A stretch of DNA of 64,000 nt from the NCBI GenBank assembly GCA_965215335.1, contig CBDCDA010000001.1:448001-512000 (forward strand), given 5' to 3'. This stretch comes from an uncultured Candidatus Entotheonella sp. (GTDB lineage: Bacteria > Tectomicrobia > Entotheonellia > Entotheonellales > Entotheonellaceae). Under the pieces are notes generated by a model that was not told the origin of the DNA, did no database searches, and saw only the letters and a list, made by a program, of their open reading frames with translations. Both the position numbers and the translations under genes were made by a program. Shown here one piece after another: positions 10,746 through 20,558 of this stretch (its first letter is position 1; each line of letters opens with the position of its first letter).

Positions 10746-10896
10746 GAGCCTGTTCCATAAGTCCGATCAGCTCTTTTTTTGCCGGCATCGGATAAACATT
10801 CGCCCTTTCCAGGGCGCTTTCTTGCGTCAAACGCCCTGGAATCGGTGAGAATCCCGCCTACTTTTGGGATGTCGCCGACTTTTTAGGAACAGGCTC
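10746..10896. mobile_element. MITE, 151 bp, non-autonomous
   Basis: Imperfect terminal inverted repeats GAGCCTGTTCCATAAGTC / GACTTTTTAGGAACAGGCTC, CAA on both sides (3-bp TSD), internal hairpin TTCCAGGGCG...CGCCCTGGAA, no ORF. Confidence 0.75.
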
Positions 10897-11109
10897 CAAG
10901 GATGGTCTTGCCTCATCCTGACGCATCATCGGCCCGCCAAAGCCGTTGCACTCGATCTTCGGGGCCGATTTTCTCCGAGACTCCCGCTATCGATCTGACA
11001 AGCTCCGACTCCGGCAAATCACATCGGTCTACAGCGTTGACCCAAGGGCCCAGCCCTCTCAATCTGTGATACGCTTCCTTGAGTCCACTGTCCGAGGAGC
11101 CCCCATACC

Positions 11110-11409
11110 ATGTGGAATTGGTTGAAAGACGACGGCACCGCACTCATTGTCCTCGCAGCCATCCTTACCGTCATCCTCACGTCCAACAACGCCATCCATC
11201 ACCGCCTGAACGATATCAGGACTGACATGAACCAACGCTTCGATGCCGTCAATCAGCGCTTCGACGCCCAGGACCAGCGCCTTGGCCGTCTTGCCGACGA
11301 GGTCGCGGAACTCCGCAAGCTGACGATCAGCATCGGTGAACGGGTATCGCGCAGCGAAGGCCGGATCGAGATTATCCGGGAGCAGATCAGGACCGTGGAC
11401 ATCCCTTGA
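11110..11409 (+). CDS. Small protein with N-terminal TM helix and coiled coil
   Basis: GAGGAG RBS; hydrophobic N-terminus followed by NQRFDAV heptads. Confidence 0.7.
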   Translation: MWNWLKDDGTALIVLAAILTVILTSNNAIHHRLNDIRTDMNQRFDAVNQRFDAQDQRLGRLADEVAELRKLTISIGERVSRSEGRIEIIREQIRTVDIP

Positions 11410-11467
11410 CGCCAAACGATGTCCCGGGATTGCGCGCAAGACGTTCATGTCGACAGCACGTCAAGAG

Positions 11468-13349
11468 CATCCTTCTACGCTGCCACCCCTTCTTTCCACA
11501 GGCGGAAAGGACACGTCATCAACTTCAGGTGAAGGAGAAAGACTATGACACGACTCGTGAAGGGTCTCTTGCTGGCAGGATTGGGGTGTGCGGTGATACT
11601 GAGTTCCTCTTTCCGCCCTCCCGTACAGGCTCAGACCGACTCTTTGACGTCGGCAGAGATCTCGGACCTCAGAAAACTGCTGTCCTGCATCAAGGCCATA
11701 TCCGTTACGGGACGAGCGGACTCGTTGCCGGCCTACGACATCGTCTTCGAGGGCTGCAACGTGCACATCCAGAACGGGCACGCCAACGCCCGCACCACGA
11801 CCACCAACGGCGCCGGCAATCTCATCATTGGCTACAATGAGGCGCCGGGTAGCCCGTCCACGGATTATCGCGCCGGTTCGCATAATCTGGTCATCGGCCC
11901 ACAGCATACCTATTCGAGTTACGGGGGGTTGGTGGCGGGGGTTCGTAACACCATCAGCGGGCAGTATGCCAGCGTCAGCGGCGGTGGCGACAACGAGGCC
12001 AGTGGCAGTGCGGCAGCGGTCAGCGGTGGTCAGAGCAACGTGGCCAGCGGCGATGGCAGCAGCATCAGCGGTGGCTACGACAACGAAGCCAGCGGCCAGT
12101 GGGCCAGTGTCAGCGGTGGCAGTGAGAACGACGCCACCGGCTGGCAAGCCGGTGTCAGCGGTGGGACGCTGAATGAGGCCAGAGGGCGTTGGGCCAGTGT
12201 CAGCGGCGGACATAATAACATGGCCGGGGACCCCGACAGAATCGGCGGCTCATCTGATACCCGCCGTACCGAGGGAAGTGCCGCCAGTGTCAGTGGCGGT
12301 AATGGTAACACGGCCAGTGGTGCCGAATCCAGCGTCTCCGGCGGTTCAGTTAACACGGCCAGTGGCCCGCGCTCCAGCGTCAGCGGCGGTAAGGGTAACA
12401 CGGCCAGCGGCCTGGGCGGCAGCAGCGTCAGCGGTGGCTACCACAACGAAGCCAGTGGCGCGCAATCCAGCGTCAGCGGCGGTGATCGTAACACGGCCAG
12501 CGGCCCGGCCAGCAGCGTCAGCGCTGGCAACTACAACGAAGCCAGCGGCATCTATTCCAGTGTCAGCGGCGGCCGCGACAACGAAGCCGGCGGTTTTGGT
12601 TCCAGCGTCAGCGGCGGCCGCTACAATACGGCTGGCTCTGAGGAACCAGATAACGCATGGGAAACACTTGCGGATGCCAGCAGCTATTATACCAGCGTCA
12701 GCGGTGGCGAGAACAACACGGCCAGCGGCTCGGCCAGCAGCGTCAGCGGCGGCCACGGTACGGCTGCCGGTACGAGGGAATGGAGAGCCGGCAGTCTATG
12801 CCAGCTGTCCGGGGTCGAGTGTCCGTCCGAAGACGAGTGATGTGGGACAGGGCGGACTTCGGCGTCCATGAGGCCGCCCGCGAACGGAACCAGCCGGCAA
12901 GTTGGCTGGTTCCCTCTCGTTCAGGGAGCAGCATTGCGAGTGATGTTGATCCGAGCCAAGTCAGGGCGGGCCGCCACACCCCGGCCAGGAACACCTGGAT
13001 ATGGTGCTGAGCGCTTGATGACGTCCTGGCAGCAAACTCCTCCAGTCCGCTCACGTCTCGCTTCGCGTCAACGCCGCTTGGGTTGGGTACGGTCACGGTC
13101 AGCGTGCTCTCCATCAACCCTTCAAAGCCGTTCGGCTCCAGTTCCCAAAGCTTCTTCTGAATAATTTCCGGTCATCCTCGAATTTCCATGGCGTTTTCGA
13201 CATGTTGGTCCCTCATTTGGGAGCGGACCTATCGCGCCCAATCCGGTCGCAAGCGCATCGTTGAGCGTCGCGTGTCACCTGAAAATGCCGTGCAATTTTC
13301 CTCTTGGTCATGTCGGGATAGCAGCATCGCCTTGGCTTTGCGCACCTGA
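11468..13349 (+). repeat. Duplicated block, copy 1 (partner about 15363-17254)
   Basis: Near-identical upstream region, first ~220 nt of CDS, C-terminal cap and ~500 nt downstream, including the same gene remnants. Confidence 0.85.
11545..12840 (+). CDS. Secreted 15-residue repeat (xxSSVSGGxxNxASG) protein, copy 1
   Basis: AAGGAG RBS; signal peptide ending VQA; about 16 repeats with two loop insertions; Cys-containing C-terminal cap. Confidence 0.85.
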   Translation: MTRLVKGLLLAGLGCAVILSSSFRPPVQAQTDSLTSAEISDLRKLLSCIKAISVTGRADSLPAYDIVFEGCNVHIQNGHANARTTTTNGAGNLIIGYNEAPGSPSTDYRAGSHNLVIGPQHTYSSYGGLVAGVRNTISGQYASVSGGGDNEASGSAAAVSGGQSNVASGDGSSISGGYDNEASGQWASVSGGSENDATGWQAGVSGGTLNEARGRWASVSGGHNNMAGDPDRIGGSSDTRRTEGSAASVSGGNGNTASGAESSVSGGSVNTASGPRSSVSGGKGNTASGLGGSSVSGGYHNEASGAQSSVSGGDRNTASGPASSVSAGNYNEASGIYSSVSGGRDNEAGGFGSSVSGGRYNTAGSEEPDNAWETLADASSYYTSVSGGENNTASGSASSVSGGHGTAAGTREWRAGSLCQLSGVECPSEDE

Positions 13350-13609
13350 TGCAGGGCAACGCGGTTTCCCTCATCCCCACCCATGCAGAACTGACGACTC
13401 AACAGGCAGCAGATCTGATCAACGTGTCCCGCAGCTTTCTCGTGAAGCTGCTGGACCGGCAAGAGATTCCACACCGAAAAGTGGGAACTCACCGCCGTGT
13501 GCTGTTCAGCGATTTGCAAGCCTACGCGGAACGGGTCCGTCGAGAGCGGTCTGAAGCTTTGGACAAACTGGTTTCAGAAAGCCAGGCGCTCGGATTGGGG
13601 TATGAATAG
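13349..13609 (+). pseudogene. Excisionase-type HTH antitoxin-like protein, probably 5'-truncated
   Basis: [34 protein letters not shown]; begins exactly at the end of the duplicated block. Confidence 0.75.
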
Positions 13610-13617
13610 GGGACTTG

Positions 13618-14184
13618 ATGGCCTTCATTGCCGTTTTTGACGCTTGCGTCCTGTACCCGGCACCGCTGCGCGACCTCCTGTTGCAGCTTGCGACGACCAA
13701 ACTGTTTCGAGCGCGATGGACCGATCTGATCCATGACGAATGGATCAACGTGGCATCTGCCCGCCGTCCAGACATCGACCCGGCGAAATGGAAACGTCTC
13801 CGTGCTCTTATGGATGCCCATGCCGAAGACTGCCTCGTCAGGGATTTTGAACCACTTATCGACATGATCACCCTGCCCGACGCCAAAGACCGTCATGTCG
13901 TTGCCGCTGCCGTGAAGCGTGGAGCCGATGTTATCGTTACCTTCAATCTGAGGGATTTCCCCGCATGCACCCTCGGAATTTACGGCATGGAAGCCCAACA
14001 TCCCGACGTCTTCGCAAGGCATTTGATCGACCTCCAGCCTGGAGCCGTCGTGTCCGCCGTCCAAACGGTTCGCTCACGGCTGAAGAATCCCCCTATGGCT
14101 GCCGACGCCTACCTCCTCACCCTGGAGCGACAGGGCCTTGTCGCAACGGTCGCGCAATTGCGCGCTTTCCGGGATGTAATTTGA
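13618..14184 (+). CDS. PIN-domain (VapC-like) protein
   Basis: AVFDACVLY, LPDAKDRHVVAAA, IVTFNLRDF; directly follows the HTH gene. Confidence 0.88.
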   Translation: MAFIAVFDACVLYPAPLRDLLLQLATTKLFRARWTDLIHDEWINVASARRPDIDPAKWKRLRALMDAHAEDCLVRDFEPLIDMITLPDAKDRHVVAAAVKRGADVIVTFNLRDFPACTLGIYGMEAQHPDVFARHLIDLQPGAVVSAVQTVRSRLKNPPMAADAYLLTLERQGLVATVAQLRAFRDVI

Positions 14185-14283
14185 CGCTTCCCGTTTAAGG
14201 TCTCGGGATTACGCTGATTGAGGGGAGGCAGGCCAACGGCTGCCCGTGGACTCCTACCTGCCCAAGTACACCGTCGTGATCTG

Positions 14284-14465
14284 TTGATGACCTTTCGGTC
14301 ATCGATGCGTGGAACACCGCGCACCTTGTTGGGCAGCAGGGGTTGAAGTCGGGCAAACTGCGCATTGGAGAGCCAGAAGTGATGATCGGGCATGATGAGC
14401 CTCCCCATGGAGTCAGGGTCTTGAATCCGATATGTTCAATGACAACCCTTTATAGGTCCTGAGTC
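14284..14465 (-). mobile_element. IS5-family left end plus transposase 5' fragment
   Basis: MPDHHFWLSNAQFARLQPLLPNKVRGVPRIDDRKVI; end GACTCAGGACCTATAA matches the element at 37967. Confidence 0.85.
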
Positions 14466-15362
14466 TACGTCTCTGAGTGCCTGTCAAGCGCGGTCCCAGG
14501 GCCAAGCCGCATGTTCACTTCAATGCGAAGCCTGAGTGCTCTGACCTCGGGCAAACTGGAATCTCGGCAGCAAGGCGGCGGCTAGCCAGGCAGGATTTTC
14601 CATGGCGAGTGTCAAACGGCGCGCCTTCAACCAACACCTGCTTGAGCGAATTTCTCGGTATTTGGCCCAGGGGCATGGCCTGGAAAAATCCAGCCCCGAA
14701 TACCAAGACCTTTGCAACTATGGCACGATCACTGACAGGGCAGCCTGAATTCTGTCCGAAGTATTGGGGTATTGGAATTGCCCCTTTTGGACAGGTTGAC
14801 CTGCCACCATAGGGGGTTACACCTTGTCTTTCAACTACTTAGTGATTTTTGTCGTGTACAGTGTTCGCGGCCTCGTGGTTCAGCATATTGTGGGCGTGGG
14901 GCAGCCAGCTGACCGCAAGCTTCTGGTTGTTGAACGTTGTTCTGGGCGGGATGGCGTTAGTCAATGGTCTGTTACGTCGTTTTCAACGCCGTCGCTGCTG
15001 GCAAACAGCCCTGTCTTTCCCAAACAAAAACGGGCCCTGACAGCCGCTTCCGCCGCGGTGCTGCCCGGTACTGGCCCGCATTCAGTTCGTGCGGGATTGG
15101 CGGCAAGGCGTGTGCGGGCTTTCACCTCTTCCATTGACCTCGGCAGGCCGGTGGGGAAGCCGAACGGATCAGGTTGGACAGCACTGACGGTTATTCACAG
15201 GCCACGCCGTCATTGTCGGCATTGCGCATGTACGGACAGGCCGGATGGCGCCACGGCACCGGTGTGATGCCGTGGCGTCTCGCTTCCTTGCACGCGATCC
15301 TGCCGTTTCTGACGCCTGGCATGAAAGGGCCTGGTTGGACACATGCACCTTGACTCGGCAAG

Positions 15363-17254
15363 GTCCTTCTTCCATACTGCCACGCCTTCTTTCCACAGGC
15401 GGAAAGGACACATTGTCAACTTCAGGTGAAGGAGAAAGACTATGACGCGACTCGTGAAGGGTCTCTTGTTGGCAGGATTGGGGTGTGCGGTGATACTGGG
15501 TTCCTCCTTCCGCCCTCCCGTACAGGCTCAGACCGACTCTTTGACGTCGGCGGAGATCTCGGACCTCAGAAAACTGCTGTCCTGCATCAAGGCCATATCC
15601 GTTACGGGACGAGCGGACTCGTTGCCGGCCTACGACGTCGTCTTCGAGGGCTGCAACGTGCACGTGCGCAACAGCCTCGGCAGGACTGACAGGACCAACG
15701 GCGTCGGCAATCTCATCGTTGGCTACAATGAGGATGATGTCCTGGTCACCCCGGATGCGGAGGATGGCGATTTCGGCACCAACGACCGGAGTGGGTCGCA
15801 TAACGTGGTGATCGGCCCGGAACATGCGTATTCGAGTTACGGGGGGTTGGTGGCGGGGATTCGCAACACCATCAGCGGCGCGTATGCCAGCGTCAGCGGC
15901 GGTTATAAAGGTGAAGCCAGCGGTTGGGCTTCCAGCGTCAGCGGCGGTTGGAGCAACGAAGCCAGCAGTCAGGGTTCCAGTGTCAGTGGCGGTACAGCAA
16001 ATACAGCCAGCGGCATGGAGGCCAGTGTCAGCGGCGGTCTTCACAACGAAGCCAGCGGCTATTATTCCAGCGTCAGCGGTGGTTCCCACAATACAGCCAG
16101 CGGCGAGCGTGCCAGCGTCAGCGGCGGTTGGAACAACGAAGCCAGTGGCGAGCGTGCCAGCGTCAGCGGTGGTTCCCACAATACAGCCAGCGGCGAGCGT
16201 GCCAGCATCAGCGGTGGTTGGGACAACGAAGCCAGCGGTTTGCTTTCCAGCGTCAGCGGTGGTTCCCACAATACAGCCAGCAGCGAGCGTGCCAGCGTCA
16301 GCGGCGGGCATAACAACGAAGCCAGCGGCGTGCATGCCAGCATCAGCGGTGGGCATAACAACGAAGCCAGCGACTATGATGCCAGCATCAGTGGCGGCAG
16401 CTACAGCATCGCCAGCGGCGCGTATGCCAGCGTCAGCGGCGGTTGGAACAACGAAGCCAGCAATACGGGTTCCAGCGTCAGCGGTGGTGCCAACAATACA
16501 GCCAGCGGCATCAATTCCAGCGTCAGCGGCGGTGACAACAACGAAGCCGGCGGCAGGCGGGCCAGCGTCAGCGGTGGTCTTCGAAATAAAGCCAGCGGCG
16601 ATAAGGCCAGTGTCAGTGGTGGTGATACCAACGAAGCCAGCGGTCTCGTCTCCAGTGTCAGCGGCGGTTGGAGCAACAAAGCCAGCGCACCGGATTCCAG
16701 CGTCAGTGGCGGCCGCGATCGTACGGCTGGCCGCACGGCGGAATGGAGAGCCGGCGGTCTATGCCAGCTGTCCGGGGTCGAGTGTCCGTCCGAAGACGAG
16801 TGATGTGGGACAGGGCGGACTCCGGCGTCCATGAGGCCGCCCGCGAACGGAACCAGCCGGCAAGTTGGCTGGTTCCCTCTCGTTCGAGAACACCTGGATA
16901 GGTGCTGAGCGCTTGATGACGTCCTGGCAGCAAACTCCTCCAGTTCGCTCACGTCTCGCTTCGCGTCAACGCCGCCTGGGTTGGGTACGGTCCACGGTCA
17001 GCGTGCTCTCCATCAACCCTTCAAAGCCGTTCGGCTCCAGTTCCCAAAGCTTTTTCTGAATAAATTTCTGATCATCCTCGAATTTCCATGGCGTTTTCGA
17101 CATGTTGGTCCCTCATTTGGGGGCGGGCCTATCGCGCCAATCCGGTCTTCGCAAGCGCATTGTCGAGCGTCACGCGTGTCACCTGAAAATGCCGTGCAAT
17201 TTTCCTCCTGGTCATGTCGGGATCAAGCAGCATCGCCTTGGCTTTGCGCACCTG
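15363..17254 (+). repeat. Duplicated block, copy 2
   Basis: Direct repeat of about 11468-13349 apart from the variable central coding part. Confidence 0.85.
15442..16803 (+). CDS. Secreted 15-residue repeat protein, copy 2
   Basis: Same N-terminus and C-cap (CQLSGVECPSEDE) as copy 1; 19 uninterrupted repeats. Confidence 0.85.
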   Translation: MTRLVKGLLLAGLGCAVILGSSFRPPVQAQTDSLTSAEISDLRKLLSCIKAISVTGRADSLPAYDVVFEGCNVHVRNSLGRTDRTNGVGNLIVGYNEDDVLVTPDAEDGDFGTNDRSGSHNVVIGPEHAYSSYGGLVAGIRNTISGAYASVSGGYKGEASGWASSVSGGWSNEASSQGSSVSGGTANTASGMEASVSGGLHNEASGYYSSVSGGSHNTASGERASVSGGWNNEASGERASVSGGSHNTASGERASISGGWDNEASGLLSSVSGGSHNTASSERASVSGGHNNEASGVHASISGGHNNEASDYDASISGGSYSIASGAYASVSGGWNNEASNTGSSVSGGANNTASGINSSVSGGDNNEAGGRRASVSGGLRNKASGDKASVSGGDTNEASGLVSSVSGGWSNKASAPDSSVSGGRDRTAGRTAEWRAGGLCQLSGVECPSEDE

Positions 17255-17265
17255 ATCCGGCGACA
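17129..17265 (-). pseudogene. Serine resolvase C-terminal HTH remnant (second, more decayed copy at 13229-13349)
   Basis: [34 protein letters not shown] resembles resolvase/invertase HTH tails. Confidence 0.6.
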
Positions 17266-17319
17266 ACCTGCATTGATCCATACCATCAATCCTTGGGACT
17301 GTACAGTCTAGGTGGGCAT

Positions 17320-17490
17320 CAGGTAGAAAGGCGGGCACGAATCGAGCCAGGCGAGCGGGTTGAAGTTGGACGTGTTGGAAGAAGCGTTGCAGGCGTCGGT
17401 AGTGCGAGGCGATGTTGGCAGTCCCCGGAAAGGCGGCGGCGAGTTGGGACAGATTGATGGTTTTGACCAAGCAAGTAAACGCTTCAAGTC
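17320..17490 (-). pseudogene. IS4-family transposase N-terminal remnant
   Basis: KTINLSQLAAAFPGTANIASHYRRLQRFF resembles IS4-family N-termini. Confidence 0.6.
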
Positions 17491-17564
17491 TGCTTTGGTC
17501 AAGATGGCGGTCCTGTCTATCGGCGTTGATGCTGTTTGTGCGATTCCTTGCGAAAGGCTTTGCG

Positions 17565-18311
17565 ATGCCACGATCCACGCTTGTGACGCCTGAAACTGAT
17601 TACCCGGATTCGGACGATCAGCCCATGGCGGAGACCGATTTCCAACGCGAGATCATGACCTATGCCATCGAGGCGTTGAAAATCCACTTCCGGGAGCGCG
17701 AGGACGTCTACGTCTCGGGCGACCTGTTCATCTATTACGAAGCGGGGAACCGGGCGGCCGTGGTCGCCCCGGACGTCTTCGTGGTGTTCGGCGTTCCCAA
17801 CCACATGCGCCGCACCTACCTGTTGTGGCAGGAGGGCAGGGCGCCAGGCTTTGTGATGGAAGTCACCTCGGACAACACCCGAACCCGAGAGGACGACCAG
17901 GGGCGGAAGCGCGAGTTGCATGCGCGCCTGGGAATATCGGAATACTGGCAATACGACCCGACGGGCGATTATCTGGAGCCGCCTCTGCAAGGCTTCATGC
18001 TGTCCAATGGACGGTATGGCAGGGCGCTCGCCCTGGAGCGGGCAGGCGCCGTCTGGAGTGCGACCAGCCCGGCGCTGGGGCTGAATCTCCGTCTCGATGA
18101 AGGCGTGCTGCGGTTTCACGATCCGGTGACGGACGAATACCTTTTGACACCCCTGGAAGAAAACAGGGCGCGTCGGGAAGCCGAAAGCCGCTTTCAGGAA
18201 TCCGAACAGGCCCGACAGGAAGCGGAGGCGCGACTGGCCGAACTGGAGGCCCGCCTTCGAGCCTTGCAACAGTCAACGCCTCTGGAACGGCCGAATCCAT
18301 CGGAAAGGTAA
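17565..18311 (+). CDS. Uma2 family endonuclease-like protein
   Basis: YPDSDDQPMAE, VAPDVFVVFG, VMEVTS, EYWQYDP, coiled-coil tail. Confidence 0.9.
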   Translation: MPRSTLVTPETDYPDSDDQPMAETDFQREIMTYAIEALKIHFREREDVYVSGDLFIYYEAGNRAAVVAPDVFVVFGVPNHMRRTYLLWQEGRAPGFVMEVTSDNTRTREDDQGRKRELHARLGISEYWQYDPTGDYLEPPLQGFMLSNGRYGRALALERAGAVWSATSPALGLNLRLDEGVLRFHDPVTDEYLLTPLEENRARREAESRFQESEQARQEAEARLAELEARLRALQQSTPLERPNPSER

Positions 18312-18327
18312 GTCGAAGCCCGATTCA

Positions 18328-18389
18328 GGCTCAGGACCTATAAAGGGTTGGCGTCGCATCGCCACGCGGCATGATTGCGGCACAACCTC
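18328..18389 (+). mobile_element. Collapsed IS5 remnant: left end fused to the transposase 3' part
   Basis: ggctcaggacctataaagggtt is joined directly to ggcgtcgcatcgccacgcg, which matches the sequence from about 38414. Confidence 0.75.
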
Positions 18390-18488
18390 GCCGTGACGCC
18401 CAATAGGGCGTTGATTGCTCCGATCAAACTGCAAGCGACAAAGCAGCCGGGTTCAGGTCCGGGCCGTTGCGGAGGGGACATAGAGGAA

Positions 18489-18690
18489 ATGAGAGACAGC
18501 GCCAGGTATTACGAAGATCGTTGAATGGTCGGAAGAGGACCAGTGCCATGTCGGGAGTGCTCCCGGCCTGATTTACGCCGGCTGTCACGGAGAGGACGGG
18601 AAGGCCGTCTTTGAAGAGCTCTGCCAAGTCGTCGAAAAAGCGATTGAACTCTGCCGGCAGGATGGAAAACCTCTGCCCCCGACGACTTAA
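18489..18690 (+). pseudogene. HicB-like antitoxin with a 1-nt frameshift
   Basis: MRDSARY / TKIVEWSEEDQCHVGSAPGLIYAGCHG...DGKPLP; extra base after codon 7. Confidence 0.7.
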
Positions 18691-18731
18691 AACCCGTCCT
18701 GATAGTCTTCCATGGCTTCACGCACACCGGG

Positions 18732-18827
18732 CCGCCGCAACGCCTCCTTTGCCTCCGGCAAGTGCTCCACGACGTGGACGGTCTCCACGCTGACGTGCAC
18801 GATCCGTCGAATCGCCGCGATCAGATC
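18732..18827 (-). repeat. Diverged copy of the Type ISP gene 3' region
   Basis: 18750-18827 matches 20669-20746 (DLIAA[I/V]RRIVHVSVETVHVVEHLPEA); 18732-18747 equals 20624-20639. Confidence 0.9.
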
Positions 18828-20188
18828 CCACCCCGGGCCTTCAATTTCGATAACTTGTCCTTGTAGTTCCGGAAGTAGACACAGAATGGATGGTGGCCTT
18901 TGGGCTCTCTGCACCACGATGCAATATCCCATCCCAGTTCGGCCAAATCCGACGCGCAGAAGACAAACTCCAGTGTATCGGCAAGAAAGATCTCAAATTC
19001 TTGTAATTTCTCTCTTTTCCGGCTTGATTCACTCCCATGAACATAGAAATTGCGGAGTTCTACCGCGGCATCCGTTACGCAATCAATTTCTGGAATGTGC
19101 TCTCCAATCACCTCGGCAAGAAATTTTGATCTATGTCGAATCTTTTGCTTCAGAGGCGCGTTTTTGGGCAACGCTTCTTTTGGCAAGTGATCAAACATGT
19201 TCGCGGCTACAATTAACCGATCAGGGTCATAGTTCCTCTGCTTCCCCCACGCGGCGGTTGAGAATCTGGCGCGAGCCATGCGCCACGATTCATCGCGTTC
19301 CAACCAGGCACGTATCAATTCTTCGAACTTGTCAGGTTGTGCGACAGCATCGACAAGAATGTCGTGGAAGCACGGTTCACGATTTTCAGTTTCTCCATCT
19401 CGATTGGGTTGCATATTTATATATGCACGGGATGAGGTTGGTGGGTATTGGTCCACGTCTATAATGTTCACTTTCAGGAGATTCTGGGGACGGCCAGCAA
19501 TGATCTCAAGAAATCGTAACAGCTTTTGAATTCGCTGATTCATCTCAGCAACGTCGACAGGATCGGGGAAAATTAGTCGGACGGATATTTTATTGTTGAT
19601 GTGTGCACCTGTCTGACCTCCGAAAGGACTTACTTCATTACGGGCAGATACATTTCCGATTGCAGTATCGGCAGAAAAGATTTCTTCCTTACCTGTGTAG
19701 TAGGCTATGACTAAATTTTCATTAAATGATTTATCATTGAAAATGTCCAGTGATGACAACGTCTTTATGTCATTTGACTTCAACATGTTTGTTCCGAAAG
19801 AGAACCTGTCGTGAAACAGGGCAGATGCGTCGTCTACCACTATGGAAACCTCTGAAATGAATTTTTCGGAATGAGAAAAATGGCGATCGCCAATAAAAAC
19901 ATAATGAGGAAAAAAATCGCAGTACTGCCACCCAACCACTGGCCCCAAGGGCCCGCTGTCGCGGGTCTTCACGCAGTCGATCAGAGATACTTTCTTCTGA
20001 TTCTCCAAAACGCCAGTAATGGTATTTCTTTCTGGCAGATTCATATCAAATAAGTCATGCAAGGTAAGCGACCACAGATGCAACAAGCTACCAGACCCGT
20101 CCAATGACAAGGTGCCGTTTATTGATTCCCGATCCGCAGATACGGAAAAGAAACCGTTCTTGACAAATTTGCCTTCGTTTCTGGACAT
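18821..20188 (-). CDS. ApeA-like protein (N-terminal beta domain plus HEPN RNase)
   Basis: ITGVLENQKKVSLIDC N-terminal pattern; C-terminal RNFYVH (RxxxxH); visibly AT-richer than the host genes. Confidence 0.75.
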   Translation of the reverse strand: MSRNEGKFVKNGFFSVSADRESINGTLSLDGSGSLLHLWSLTLHDLFDMNLPERNTITGVLENQKKVSLIDCVKTRDSGPLGPVVGWQYCDFFPHYVFIGDRHFSHSEKFISEVSIVVDDASALFHDRFSFGTNMLKSNDIKTLSSLDIFNDKSFNENLVIAYYTGKEEIFSADTAIGNVSARNEVSPFGGQTGAHINNKISVRLIFPDPVDVAEMNQRIQKLLRFLEIIAGRPQNLLKVNIIDVDQYPPTSSRAYINMQPNRDGETENREPCFHDILVDAVAQPDKFEELIRAWLERDESWRMARARFSTAAWGKQRNYDPDRLIVAANMFDHLPKEALPKNAPLKQKIRHRSKFLAEVIGEHIPEIDCVTDAAVELRNFYVHGSESSRKREKLQEFEIFLADTLEFVFCASDLAELGWDIASWCREPKGHHPFCVYFRNYKDKLSKLKARGGI

Positions 20189-20336
20189 CGCGTCATTTCT
20201 CCATCAGAAAGCATCCAGGGTATCATTCCTGGCGTCCAGAGCGACGTTGCGATTCTCGACATCGAAAAAGCCCGTCTGCGTCATGTTCAACTCCTCCGAC
20301 CTTGTCGGTTACGGGGTTTGGCGATTCCATACCGAG

Positions 20337-20558
20337 TCAATACGGCGGACAGTTTTCAGGCCGCGGTCTCGCTGATGGTGTCGTAGTTGCAAACAGCATT
20401 GCTCCGTGGACGGCTCCTCGGTTCGACTGCTTCTTGCCAGTGTATCCGGCAGCCGTCGCCCAGAGCAAGGCCGCGCTTTCGTCTCTTGCAGCAATGGCGT
20501 GGGGTGGGGTCTGACAAGGTTGGAAATGATGGTTGGTATCAAGGAGGTGTCGCGTCAC
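20337..20558 (-). pseudogene. VapC/PIN toxin remnant
   Basis: MTRHLLDTN/IISNLVRP..DESAALLWA; GTGA overlap with the upstream stop; frameshift and deletion. Confidence 0.55.

Noticed and set aside
14810..14819. tagggggtta as an att copy of the tRNA-Arg 3' end
   Set aside because: Match is too short and in the wrong orientation relative to the tRNA.
14820..15360. Riboswitch or ncRNA upstream of repeat gene copy 2
   Set aside because: A GGCAAAC is present but the rest of a c-di-GMP-I consensus is missing; a covariance-model search would be needed.
11950..16730. Regular 45-nt repeats as a CRISPR array
   Set aside because: They are in-frame coding repeats with degenerate third positions, no unique spacers and no cas genes.
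11545..16803. Diversity-generating retroelement (template and variable repeat pair)
   Set aside because: No reverse transcriptase in the window; both copies are full genes and differ by indels and many base types.
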